Source: an uncultured Desulfobacteraceae bacterium (lineage in GTDB: Bacteria > Desulfobacterota > Desulfobacteria > Desulfobacterales > SKZT01). Taken from it: a stretch of DNA of 64,000 nucleotides. Below, one piece after another: positions 7,592 to 17,446 of the stretch. The stretch lies in contig CAYZJH010000014.1 of the NCBI GenBank assembly GCA_964478625.1, forward strand, positions 7,098 through 71,097, written 5' to 3'. Made by a program: the position numbers and the translations under genes. Under the pieces are notes generated by a model. The model saw only the letters and a program-made list of their open reading frames with translations. It searched no databases and was not told the DNA's origin. The stretch's first letter is position 1; each line of letters starts with the position of its first letter.

Positions 7592-10306
7592 ATGGATGAA
7601 CCCTTAACATCTCTTTTTATCGTTGACCCGGAACTGGCTAAAAAGGTTCAGACTTTATTGAAATCGCAAAATGCAAGTATTTCAAAAAAGTATCTTGAAA
7701 TGCTGGTGGAGGAATCCTTTCGGGGTATGAATCAGGAAATATCCTTTGGATACGCAATTGCTTTAGGGTTTGCAGAAATATTGGGAAAGGGAAAAGTCAC
7801 CAAAATTGAAATCTTTCGTGACCTGATCCGAAAAACTTCTCAAAAAGGCCCGACACTTGGTTCGCTGATGGCAAAACATCTTCCACCATTGATAATCTTT
7901 GGAACCGGACCGCTATTGAAAAAATTTTTATCGACCGTCGCCATTATGGAGTCCAAGGGAACGTATACGTTGAAAAATGCCCTGGAAATTATATCGGAGT
8001 TGCTCAATTCAAATCAGCAAAAAGCAGCATCCTCATTTATGGATCTTCTCTCGGAGACTTTCAAACAGGATATTACTTATAACCAGTCGCTTCATTTGTC
8101 CCATATCCTTCCGAATGCCGTACGGTCCTTTCCGGTCGATACAAGAGAGTGGATTCTGTCTCTGCTCACCAGGGTCATAGCCGCCGATATTCATCTGACC
8201 GAGCCTTTTCTTGAAGGCTTTCAAAAAGGGCTTCATCTGCTTTCCAAAGAGTCCCTGAACCATTTTGTGGAAATGGCTCTCGAAAAACTTCGCCACGGAA
8301 GAATTCCGGCATCAAAATTTATGGCTCTCGACTCCGGTCAAGGGCTGGAAACCTTTAAGCATTTGCAGGTTACCGCCTCTTTTTCGCAAGTCCGCCATCA
8401 GTTGGATCAATATCTCCAGGCCCGAACGGGCATGTCCCTGTCAGTCAAACCTTTTTCCGAACTCCCAAAAACCTTTCTGGGAACAGACACGGACTCGATT
8501 TCGGTAATTTCCGACGGACGATTCATTTACCTTCCCGAAAAAATCGGGGCATATGATTGTCTCGATAAAAATATCCTTCTGTACAAATTTCTGACAAAGA
8601 TAGAAACAGGTCTTTATGAATTCGGGACCTTTGATTTTGATCTTGAAAAAATTGAAGGCACCTGTGACTTCCCCATAAATACAGCAGACCGGGAAATTGC
8701 CGACCTTGAACATTTTTTGAACCATTTCCCGACAAAAACTCTTTCCCATGAACTGTTTACGGTATTCGAGCACGGAAGGATTCAGTTTTTGACAGGTCAA
8801 AAATATCCGGGAATGCTGAAACGTTTCATGCCATTTTTGAAAGAAGAATTTTCCCGAATCATGCATGAGAAAAATTGCGATGGTTTTATGTTTTATCTTT
8901 ATGGTAGAATCGTTTTGGACATCTCCTTTCATCATACTCCGGATGACAATGAATCCGAACTTATCGAAAACATTGCCGCTGTTTTTAAAAAGACCATATC
9001 CTTAAACCCATATGTAGAAAACAGCGCATTGCTGGTGCTTGAATTTTATCCCGTATTGGAGAGGTTTTTTAAAGAAACTGATATGAGGTTATCCTCCCCT
9101 TTCGGCAGGATGATCATGCCCCATCTGTATTTTTCAACTTTCAGGAATTTTGAAAAAAAAGCCGCTTCGATCAAACTAAAGCTTCAATCCGCAGGGATAA
9201 ATATTTTCAAATCCACTATCCGGAAACGCCTGATGAAAAAGGGAGGACGTCTGACTCAGGAGGATTTGAAAGACTTGATTTCCATGTCCTGCCCACCCGG
9301 TCATCGTAATCCTGATGGTGAATCGGATAAAATTGATTTTTTCAGCCTGGATTTAACTGAATTTATCGAACAACCTTCCTTGACTGATTTTCCCCACAAT
9401 GATGATGCCGGGACTGTTTTCTGGCAGCGGGAATGGAACTGCCATATGAAAGACTATGTCCATCATCATGTTCGGATTCTCGATAGGCATCTTGCCGAAA
9501 AAAAAGGGGATTTTTATCATCAAACCCTGACAAAGCACCAGGGACTGATCAGCCGGATCCGATATGCTTTTGAGCTATTAAAACCTGAACAGCTTAAAAT
9601 GTTGAAACCCTGGGTGGAAGGTGATGACTTTGATTACCGGGCTATGCTCGATTTCGCTATCGACAAAAAGGCTGGCTGGCTCCCCTCTGATCGTCTTTAC
9701 ATCAAAAGGCTCAAACAGCAACGCGATGTCGCCGCACTGCTTCTGGTAGATATTTCAAAATCGACGTCCAATAAAGTTTTTGAATCTACCCAAACCGTTC
9801 TGGATGTTGAAAAAGAAGCCATTATCCTTTTTTGTGAAGCTCTGCAAGTTCTTGAAGATAAAGCAGCCATCGCGGGTTTTTCAGGAACCGGTCGTTTAGG
9901 CGTTGATTATTACCGGATCAAGGACTTCACAGAATCCCTGGATAAAAAGGTAAAATCGCGGATCAATGCCATGTCCCCCCAGCGAAGTACAAGGATGGGT
10001 GCAGCGATACGCCATGCCGTCAATGAACTGGAAAAGGCTGAAGCCATGGTGCGTCTTCTGATTTTGTTAAGCGATGGATTTCCCAATGATCTGGATTACA
10101 AGCAAGGTTATGCCATCGAAGACACACGAAAGGCCGTGTCCGAAGCATGTGCCCGAAATATCTCATTCAGAGCCATCACCGTTAATATTGCCGGTGATCC
10201 GAGGTTGGATGACCTATACGGCAATATGCATCACAGCGTTATTTCGGATGTCAGGGAATTGCCGGACAAACTGCTTCGCATCTACAGCGCATTGACAAAA
10301 TATTAA
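7592..10306 (+). CDS. NorD/CbbO-like large VWA-domain protein
   Basis: C-terminal VWA with MIDAS residues (LVDISKST, STRMG, LLSDG) preceded by GDDFDYRAMLD; start refined to ATG 7592 because the track extension crosses the REP. Confidence 0.8.
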   Translation: MDEPLTSLFIVDPELAKKVQTLLKSQNASISKKYLEMLVEESFRGMNQEISFGYAIALGFAEILGKGKVTKIEIFRDLIRKTSQKGPTLGSLMAKHLPPLIIFGTGPLLKKFLSTVAIMESKGTYTLKNALEIISELLNSNQQKAASSFMDLLSETFKQDITYNQSLHLSHILPNAVRSFPVDTREWILSLLTRVIAADIHLTEPFLEGFQKGLHLLSKESLNHFVEMALEKLRHGRIPASKFMALDSGQGLETFKHLQVTASFSQVRHQLDQYLQARTGMSLSVKPFSELPKTFLGTDTDSISVISDGRFIYLPEKIGAYDCLDKNILLYKFLTKIETGLYEFGTFDFDLEKIEGTCDFPINTADREIADLEHFLNHFPTKTLSHELFTVFEHGRIQFLTGQKYPGMLKRFMPFLKEEFSRIMHEKNCDGFMFYLYGRIVLDISFHHTPDDNESELIENIAAVFKKTISLNPYVENSALLVLEFYPVLERFFKETDMRLSSPFGRMIMPHLYFSTFRNFEKKAASIKLKLQSAGINIFKSTIRKRLMKKGGRLTQEDLKDLISMSCPPGHRNPDGESDKIDFFSLDLTEFIEQPSLTDFPHNDDAGTVFWQREWNCHMKDYVHHHVRILDRHLAEKKGDFYHQTLTKHQGLISRIRYAFELLKPEQLKMLKPWVEGDDFDYRAMLDFAIDKKAGWLPSDRLYIKRLKQQRDVAALLLVDISKSTSNKVFESTQTVLDVEKEAIILFCEALQVLEDKAAIAGFSGTGRLGVDYYRIKDFTESLDKKVKSRINAMSPQRSTRMGAAIRHAVNELEKAEAMVRLLILLSDGFPNDLDYKQGYAIEDTRKAVSEACARNISFRAITVNIAGDPRLDDLYGNMHHSVISDVRELPDKLLRIYSALTKY

Positions 10307-10445
10307 TTCATATTATGGTTGGACTTTAACGACTATCTTCGAAATGATCTTTATGCATGGTTTTCAGAAGCATCCAACGGCAACAGAATGACGGCATTCA
10401 AAACGCTTTTTTTTTGAAAATTTCAATTTGGACATGAGGGTTTGA

Positions 10446-10871
10446 ATGAAAATTTATGATGATATTTTCGTGTGGGATGGCTGGGGAGGTCTTTTAAAGC
10501 TTGCCAGCGGCAAGTGCCGGGTAAAAATATTTGATTTAAAAAAAGGAAAACCAGATTCGGTCGATTTTCTAAAACCCATTGTTGTCGTCATATCGGACGT
10601 ACCCGACAGCAAAATGTCGATTAAAAGCTGTTCGAGCCACATTGCCACCCGGCTGACCCAAAAATTCAGCATAGATCCTTCAAGGATGCTGTTTGTCGAA
10701 TATTATCCTCCTATCGATTACGGCGATCAAAACCAATACCATATACCGGAAAAATATGAACTCGTTGAGTTTCAATGGCACGAGGACAGAGCCATTGCCC
10801 CAAAATGGCGCGCTTTAAAGCCGCCCATGCTGGACATTGTCAAAGCTCTTTTGAAGACCGGCCAATTATAA
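10446..10871 (+). CDS. Hypothetical protein
   Basis: Clean 141-aa ORF filling the gap, with a GAGG RBS upstream; family not recognised. Confidence 0.65.
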   Translation: MKIYDDIFVWDGWGGLLKLASGKCRVKIFDLKKGKPDSVDFLKPIVVVISDVPDSKMSIKSCSSHIATRLTQKFSIDPSRMLFVEYYPPIDYGDQNQYHIPEKYELVEFQWHEDRAIAPKWRALKPPMLDIVKALLKTGQL

Positions 10872-10881
10872 TTCCATAAGC

Positions 10882-11979
10882 TTATCGGACAAAAGCATAG
10901 GTTCTAATACCGAACCTTTTTTCTATTGCCTGCGCCTCATCCCGGGTATGGCAAAAACAAGCGAGTCTGTCACGGTCAATATCCGACAAATGGAGATCTC
11001 CGGGATATCGATATTCAGCCTCTTGCTTCCAATCCGTTTTCATCCCCCTGGATTGAAGCTTCCAGGGTTCTTCATTTTCAGGATATTCACCTTTGCGGTA
11101 ATAGTGCACCGGAACAATTGCCAGTTGCCCTGCCGTTGCTTTTTCAATGCCAATCCCATAGGGTTCAAATGACATTCTGCGATAGCGTGATCTCCATTTC
11201 ATGAGAGGGATAATCCTTTCCGGGGCCAATCCCGAAAATGATACGGTCGGGGTTTTTCTTGGCATATGAGTGGATGATGCAATTATTTTACCGGTTTGTA
11301 TTATGTTTTGAAGGGTATGGAATGCATTGCGGGGATAACATTCGGCCATTGAGATATCAGAAAAATAGGCATGTTTTTTTTCGGTGGGCCATGGGCCGTT
11401 AGTTGCACGGGTCCAGTGGATGATATACTGGTCTCCGATATTTTTGGTTTCCATGGGTAAATGTTCCTGCAGGATATTGTAAGCAATGGGGTGCTCTCTC
11501 TTTTGATAGTTGATCTGAAAGCAGGTCATGATCCTGCCATTTTTTTTCCCTGTTCTTTTCAGGATCAAATTTTCCATATGCCCTTTGGCCCTGATGGAGA
11601 CCGGAATCAGGATATCCGACTCAAAAACTGCCAGATAATCCCGGTGATAGAGAGGATTTTGGTTTATGCAAGCGCCGGGTTCCGGAAAAACGGGCAGGAA
11701 CCGAGCCAGTGACCGATCAAGGTTGAATTGGTCTGAAATAAATTTCCGGAGTGTTTTGAATTCATTTTCATTGGCCGAAGGTATCAATACCATTTGTTCG
11801 ATTTGGCACTTCTGAGCCAGGTAAATCAGAAATTCCCAGGTTTGCATACCGAACGAGGTGAAAAGGCAAAGACGGTTTTCTTTGATCCAATCGACGGCCC
11901 GCATTGTTTGCCTGATCCATGGGGTAAGCCGGTGAGGTCTCAAAGGTTGTCTGGATAGAAGAATTGCCGCAGTTTTCAT
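10882..11979 (-). CDS. Hypothetical two-domain protein: SLOG-like N-terminus plus ADP-ribosyltransferase-like (AbiGi/DarT-like) C-terminus
   Basis: HRDYLAVFESDILIPVSIRAKG (SLOG-like); IIHWTR...LQNIIQTGKI...VSFS...YGIGIEK...WKQEAEYR (ART-like). CDS is confident, domain calls are tentative. Confidence 0.5.
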   Translation of the reverse strand: MKTAAILLSRQPLRPHRLTPWIRQTMRAVDWIKENRLCLFTSFGMQTWEFLIYLAQKCQIEQMVLIPSANENEFKTLRKFISDQFNLDRSLARFLPVFPEPGACINQNPLYHRDYLAVFESDILIPVSIRAKGHMENLILKRTGKKNGRIMTCFQINYQKREHPIAYNILQEHLPMETKNIGDQYIIHWTRATNGPWPTEKKHAYFSDISMAECYPRNAFHTLQNIIQTGKIIASSTHMPRKTPTVSFSGLAPERIIPLMKWRSRYRRMSFEPYGIGIEKATAGQLAIVPVHYYRKGEYPENEEPWKLQSRGMKTDWKQEAEYRYPGDLHLSDIDRDRLACFCHTRDEAQAIEKRFGIRTYAFVR

Positions 11980-12785
11980 TATTCAAATTCGAAAACAGCA
12001 TATAAAGGGAAATGATCCGAGGGATAATAACCGGCGAACTTGTCCCGAATTATTCCCCACCTAACGGGTTTAAGGTTGCCCCGGTACATGATCCAGTCGA
12101 TTTGATCCTTCCCGGCTTGACCTGAAAATCCGTGATGGGTTCCGGAATAGGGCTCAGGAAAAACCGGTTTGAAAAATTCCATATCCTGAACGGTTTTTTC
12201 AGCTTCATAATATTCACCGGTAAACACTTTATGGCACGATTGAGATGGATTGCAGTTGAAATCCCCCATCAGTATCACCGGAATGTCGGATGGAAATCTT
12301 AAAAGCCTTTCCATTATGAAACCCGCGCTTTCTATCTGAATTTGTTCATCAAAATCAAAATGAGTATTGATCACCAAAACATGCCTAGTATTACGTCTGA
12401 AATGTCCTATGGTACACTGGCGTGGCCACTTGCTTTTGGGAGAACGGCTAGGAATGTCAGGTGTTGCACTCAGGTAGAAATGCTCCCACTTGAGGCATTG
12501 CCAGGTTTTCTTATAAAAAACAAGGTTATTCTGCCAAAAACGGGGGGATGGTTTTCGTTTTCCAATATCCTGATATCCTTTGAGAATGCCTCTAATAAAA
12601 TCGCCCTGGAAATCATTGACTTCCTGAAATGCCATAAAATCGGACAAGTATTCATTTAAAAGGATTGGAATTCCCTCTTTTCGATACTCCCAATTGTTGG
12701 GGCCATCATCGGCCAAACCAAAACGAAGGTTTAACGTAAAAACAGATACGGTTGTCTTATCTGCCTTTTTTTCGCTTACATTCAT
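11979..12785 (-). CDS. Endonuclease/exonuclease/phosphatase (EEP) family protein
   Basis: TLNLR, FQEV, NTHFD, MGDFN, IDWI, SDHFP. Confidence 0.92.
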   Translation of the reverse strand: MNVSEKKADKTTVSVFTLNLRFGLADDGPNNWEYRKEGIPILLNEYLSDFMAFQEVNDFQGDFIRGILKGYQDIGKRKPSPRFWQNNLVFYKKTWQCLKWEHFYLSATPDIPSRSPKSKWPRQCTIGHFRRNTRHVLVINTHFDFDEQIQIESAGFIMERLLRFPSDIPVILMGDFNCNPSQSCHKVFTGEYYEAEKTVQDMEFFKPVFPEPYSGTHHGFSGQAGKDQIDWIMYRGNLKPVRWGIIRDKFAGYYPSDHFPLYAVFEFE

Positions 12786-13432
12786 ATCGAAACGCCTTTT
12801 TGGTTAACTTTTCGGGTAAAAAAAGACAGATATTTTGAAAAATCAAAGGACAGACCTTTAAAGTTTTCAAAAGTCACATCCGAGAAATTAAGGTTTTCCT
12901 GACTTTTAAGAACATCAAAGATTTTAAGATAATTGAATAAAATTCTATCCTCCCAATCCAGGTCAAGCTTTCCGGCCATCTCAGGAATAGTATCCCTGTC
13001 CCCTTCAATCTCAAGAAAGGTTCCGAAAGGCATGGTATCCAGGCTAAAATGGATCTTGTCCAACACCAGGGTTTCTCTCCATTTTTCATAGACCTGTTCC
13101 ACACAAAACCCCAAAGCCGTTAAAATGGATGTCATCACCTCAAAATTATCGACTTCGACTTCCAGTTCCCTGAATATTTTAAAGTTGGAATCATCACATT
13201 CAGGTTCTGATTTATAAGTCAGGGTCACACGGTTATCCTTTCGAAGTCTTAAAAGCGCATTCTTTTTGATCAGGCTTTTATCCCCATCCTCGAAACGGAG
13301 GTTGAGTTCAAAAAACCGACCCAGACTGCGGGCACCGAGTTTGATAATATTTTCCCTGACAGCATCTGAATTCTGCAAAAAAAATTTTACCTCAATTTCC
13401 AGGGAATCCATAAAAATCCATTCCTTTAGCAT
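12782..13432 (-). CDS. CYTH-domain protein (class IV adenylate cyclase/triphosphatase family)
   Basis: EIEVKF, LLRLR, TLTYK, RELEVEV, YEKWRE, FLEIEG. Confidence 0.92.
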   Translation of the reverse strand: MLKEWIFMDSLEIEVKFFLQNSDAVRENIIKLGARSLGRFFELNLRFEDGDKSLIKKNALLRLRKDNRVTLTYKSEPECDDSNFKIFRELEVEVDNFEVMTSILTALGFCVEQVYEKWRETLVLDKIHFSLDTMPFGTFLEIEGDRDTIPEMAGKLDLDWEDRILFNYLKIFDVLKSQENLNFSDVTFENFKGLSFDFSKYLSFFTRKVNQKGVSI

Positions 13433-13572
13433 CCATCGATTTACTGAAGATCATCCATCATCTTTTCGAATATTAAAACCCGATATAGTAAAAAAGTTTT
13501 TTTGTGTCAATTTTGATAAAACTTTGATATATAGCTCTGCTTTGACGTTTTAAAATTTCAGATAAATTTTTC

Positions 13573-13601
13573 TTGACATGATTTTTTTTTTCTTATAACT
13601 T
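13573..13601 (+). promoter_or_regulatory. Candidate sigma70 promoter of rplM-rpsI
   Basis: TTGACA (13573-13578), 17 nt, TAACTT. Confidence 0.5.
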
Positions 13602-13638
13602 TATTAAATTATACTGAATACGAACAGGAGATTTGAAC

Positions 13639-14091
13639 GTGAAAAAATATACCTACAGTGCAAAACAGGCTGATATCACAAAAAAATGGTACGTGGTGGA
13701 TGCCGCCGGAATGGTGCTGGGACGGTTGGCCAGCCAGGTTGCATCGCGGCTTCGCGGTAAGCACAACCCCTTGTTTACCCCTCATGTGGATTGTGGTGAC
13801 AGCGTGATTGTCGTCAATGCCGATAAAATCGTGCTAACCGGTCGAAAATGGGACCAAAAAATGTATCATCGGCACAGCGGTTACACCGGTGGTTTAAAAA
13901 GCATTACTGCGAAAAAGTTGCTGGAAAAAAGAGCTGAAGACTTGGTTCGTTTCGCCGTCAAAGGGATGCTTCCCAAAAATCGCCTTGGTACCAAAATTTT
14001 AAAGAAACTGAAAGTTTACACGGGCGACAACCATCCTCACGAAGCGCAACAGCCTCAAGAACTTCGTCTGAACCCGACCAATCAAAACTGA
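13639..14091 (+). CDS. rplM: 50S ribosomal protein L13
   Basis: [46 protein letters not shown]; GTG start after AGGAG. Confidence 0.98.
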   Translation: MKKYTYSAKQADITKKWYVVDAAGMVLGRLASQVASRLRGKHNPLFTPHVDCGDSVIVVNADKIVLTGRKWDQKMYHRHSGYTGGLKSITAKKLLEKRAEDLVRFAVKGMLPKNRLGTKILKKLKVYTGDNHPHEAQQPQELRLNPTNQN

Positions 14092-14159
14092 GGGATGCCC
14101 CTGTTAAACAAAAAACCGCAACTAACGTCAGGAAATTCTATTAATTAAACGGGGAACAC

Positions 14160-14555
14160 ATGGAGAAACAAAACATTTATTACGCAACAGGGAGACGCAA
14201 AAGCTCGGTTGCCAGAACATGGCTTAAACCCGGAAACGGCAATCTCATTATCAACAATAAGCCCGCAGATAAGTATTTTCGAATTCAAACCACCTATAAG
14301 ACCATGCTTCAACCCCTGGCGCTCACAAACACCTTGGGAGAATTCGATGTCAAAGTGACCGTAAAAGGGGGGGGATATTCCGGACAGGCCGGAGCCATTC
14401 GGCATGGAATCACCAGAGCATTAATGTTGGCCAATCCGGAATTTAGAACCCAGCTTAAAAGAGCAGGATTTGTCCGACGAGACCCCAGAACCAAGGAAAG
14501 AAAAAAATACGGTCAGCGCGGAGCACGAGCCCGGTACCAGTTCTCCAAACGTTAA
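14160..14555 (+). CDS. rpsI: 30S ribosomal protein S9
   Basis: [44 protein letters not shown]. Confidence 0.98.
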   Translation: MEKQNIYYATGRRKSSVARTWLKPGNGNLIINNKPADKYFRIQTTYKTMLQPLALTNTLGEFDVKVTVKGGGYSGQAGAIRHGITRALMLANPEFRTQLKRAGFVRRDPRTKERKKYGQRGARARYQFSKR

Positions 14556-14579
14556 CACCAGGTTTTATCTCAAAAATAC

Positions 14580-14622
14580 AAAAGGGGAAAAGACATTGAA
14601 TAAACGGCTTTTCCCCTTTTTT
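14580..14622 (+). terminator. Intrinsic terminator after rpsI
   Basis: AAAGGGGAAAAG ... CTTTTCCCCTTT stem followed by a T run. Confidence 0.75.
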
Positions 14623-14713
14623 ACGTATATTTTTGCCCATAAACAATTGCCCCGGCACCGGTCAGGACTGTCCGCTGTCAGAAAAAAAATACCTACACCC
14701 CATTATACCCAGA

Positions 14714-17320
14714 TCATATCAGCTCAACCACCCCTGAATTTCCATCAAGCCTGACTTTCCTCCCGGTTTCAATTTTCCGGCTGGCACCTTCAATTCCGAC
14801 CACTGCAGGAATTCCATACTCTCTGGCCACGATGGCGCAATGGTTCAAAATTCCACCCATTTCCACTATGACTCCGGCGGCCGACATAAACAATGGGGTC
14901 CATCCCGGATCGGTGTTAAAGGCCACCAGAATTTCTCCGGGTTTCAACAGATGAAACTCACCGGAATGGCGAATCACCCGTGCCACCCCTTCCGCCACTC
15001 CTGATGAAGCGGGTACCCCGGAAAGAACGGCTGAAGCCGGATCTGTTAAACTGATACTATCCTCCGAAGACTTGTCAATTTTTAGGAAATAGGCAGGGGG
15101 ACAGTCCTGTTCACGATAAAAAGTGTTTCTCCTTGTTTTGACTGTGGAAACCAGACTCTCAAGAGTTCTCTCACCTGAAAAAATCGCCCTGAGTTCGTTT
15201 AATTTCAAAAAAAATACCCCATCAGGAATATCCCCTATAATCGCAAATTCAGGGGTTTTAGAAACGGCAATCAGGATTTTTCGAATCCGGTAAAAAATTT
15301 TATCGAGGCAGAATCTGAGATCCTCTCTGAGCGCAAGAAAACTTCGGGCTGCACAGACCAATGGGGCGAGAAGAATGGAAGACAGATCCATTGAATGGTT
15401 TCGGAATGAAACCGCTTCAGAGCCCAGGTTCAAACCATAATCTTTTTCCGGTATTTTTCCCATGGAGCCTATCATTGCAGACATCATGGCCAAAACGATC
15501 TCCGGGGCTTCATCCCATCTGGGATGTATAAAATCTCGATTGGCAGAACGAAACCGGTAGGTTTTTACAAAAGATCCAATAGCCCTCGTCACCGGATGCT
15601 CAGGAAATTCAGTGGAAAGAATTTCCCAAATCTCCTTTCCGCTTCTCCCTTTAAAAGCCTTTTCCAGCAGCGTTTCATCGCACATTCTGCAGAGGATTTT
15701 TAACTCCTGTTGGGATCTGACCGTTACATTGGAAGGAATGTGCCGGATTTGCTCAAGAACCCATTGTTCGCTTTTTTTGAAAACAGTTGTGGCCAGATGC
15801 CGAAGCAGCCATGTAAACAGGGTGGCATTTCCATATCCCCACTGATTTTTTTCCTGAAGTTTGCCCTGGAGTTTTAATACCCTTTCCAGTTCGGTTCCCA
15901 GTTCTTTAGAGGTCATCTTCGAATAAGACAACACACTGACCGTGTTCAGCTCCCTCTCAACTACTGCAAGATGTCTTTTGAGAAATGGACGGGTTAAAAA
16001 TGGTACCATGGAAGGGTCCGTTATCAGAAGCGGTATTCTGGGAATTAACCCTAATGCTTTTTTCCAATTGAACGGAATCCCCAAGACCTGTTTTTGGATG
16101 GATACAGGAAACATACGGGCAATTTCCCTGAAACGCAGGGAGGGGGGAATCAACTCCAATAATTCGGCCACCGTCTTGCTGTTGAGATATCCATAGCCAT
16201 GAATCACCTTAACGATTTCCATCTCCGCAATATGATTCAGCTTTAATTTTTTCAGAAAAGGCTTGAATGTAAAAAGGTCTGCAAATTCATCAAAAACAAT
16301 CGACCCGGTGATATCAGTCATGCGGTCGGACCAAAGATCCTCTATAATAGCCCTGGAATAAATGGTTTCCGCCCGACCCTCAGACGGATTTCCGGAATGC
16401 GAAAATTGGGGGATGGAAAAGGTTTTTCCCGTGGTGATGGGCCTAGCCTGAAGGATATATACCTTGCCTTTTTCGATGGCCCATTCCATGTCTATGCCCT
16501 GCCCGAAATGCTTTTCAAGCTTTGTTCCAATATTAAAAAGTTGCTTGAGATGTATTTCATCCAGATCCGATGCCAAGGTATGTTTCCGGGAACTTAAAAA
16601 AGAAATTTTGCCTAAATTTTCCGAAATTTCCCATCCGGCCGGAGTCACCTCCCCTGATACCAGTTTGTCACCGAGACCTTCCACGGCTTCAACCACCATG
16701 GTATCTGCTTTTCCGGAAATCGGATGGCGGGTGAACAATACTCCCGCAAATTCAGGGTTTAATTGCCTCAGGACAATTACGGACAATCGGGGTTCGCCAG
16801 GGACTATTCCTTTTTTTCTCCGATAAGCCATAACCCTGTCCGACCACCAGGATGCATAACATTCAAACAGAGCATTAAAGAGGTTTTGGGGAGAAACTCC
16901 CAATACAGTGGAATACTGTCCTGCATATGAGGCGTCACCATCATCTTCCCCCAGTGCCGCAGACCTTACTGCCAGGAGCATATCAGGATCAAATCCTCGA
17001 ATCCTTTGAATCCGCTCCATAAACCATCGTGAAATCGGGGCTTCCACCTTTATGCCCTGAAAGCTCCTTGCCACTTTTTTTTCCAGATTTGAATCACCGG
17101 CAGTTTCTGAATCCAAAATACTGGAAACAAATGGGCCCATTCCACAGGTTTTGACCAGCCATGAAATGCACTCCACGGATATCAAAAATCCATCGGGAAC
17201 CTCGTATCCAAGCCCCGCAAGTTCTCTCAGCCTGAGTCCTTTGGATCCGTAAGAGTAACCCGAATCCCTGCGCTGGTCATGAATCCCCAAAACCCCATCC
17301 ATCAAAACCAAATTCTTCAA
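14714..17320 (-). CDS. PEP-synthase/rifamycin-phosphotransferase-like protein (ATP-grasp, central domain, C-terminal His swivel)
   Basis: GSKG, AVRSAALGEDD..SYAGQY, DMEWA, LQARPIT; C-terminal TDPGWTPLF...ILNHCAIVAREYGIPAVVG. Confidence 0.85.
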   Translation of the reverse strand: MKNLVLMDGVLGIHDQRRDSGYSYGSKGLRLRELAGLGYEVPDGFLISVECISWLVKTCGMGPFVSSILDSETAGDSNLEKKVARSFQGIKVEAPISRWFMERIQRIRGFDPDMLLAVRSAALGEDDGDASYAGQYSTVLGVSPQNLFNALFECYASWWSDRVMAYRRKKGIVPGEPRLSVIVLRQLNPEFAGVLFTRHPISGKADTMVVEAVEGLGDKLVSGEVTPAGWEISENLGKISFLSSRKHTLASDLDEIHLKQLFNIGTKLEKHFGQGIDMEWAIEKGKVYILQARPITTGKTFSIPQFSHSGNPSEGRAETIYSRAIIEDLWSDRMTDITGSIVFDEFADLFTFKPFLKKLKLNHIAEMEIVKVIHGYGYLNSKTVAELLELIPPSLRFREIARMFPVSIQKQVLGIPFNWKKALGLIPRIPLLITDPSMVPFLTRPFLKRHLAVVERELNTVSVLSYSKMTSKELGTELERVLKLQGKLQEKNQWGYGNATLFTWLLRHLATTVFKKSEQWVLEQIRHIPSNVTVRSQQELKILCRMCDETLLEKAFKGRSGKEIWEILSTEFPEHPVTRAIGSFVKTYRFRSANRDFIHPRWDEAPEIVLAMMSAMIGSMGKIPEKDYGLNLGSEAVSFRNHSMDLSSILLAPLVCAARSFLALREDLRFCLDKIFYRIRKILIAVSKTPEFAIIGDIPDGVFFLKLNELRAIFSGERTLESLVSTVKTRRNTFYREQDCPPAYFLKIDKSSEDSISLTDPASAVLSGVPASSGVAEGVARVIRHSGEFHLLKPGEILVAFNTDPGWTPLFMSAAGVIVEMGGILNHCAIVAREYGIPAVVGIEGASRKIETGRKVRLDGNSGVVELI

Positions 17321-17446
17321 ACCTGTATCCTTAAAAAATTTAACTGATTAAGCCTTTATAGCCCAATATTTGCAACCAAAGTCACTATACTTGATATGGA
17401 AATTATTGTCAGCATCCAACAATCATCATGGTGAAAGATTGCAGGT

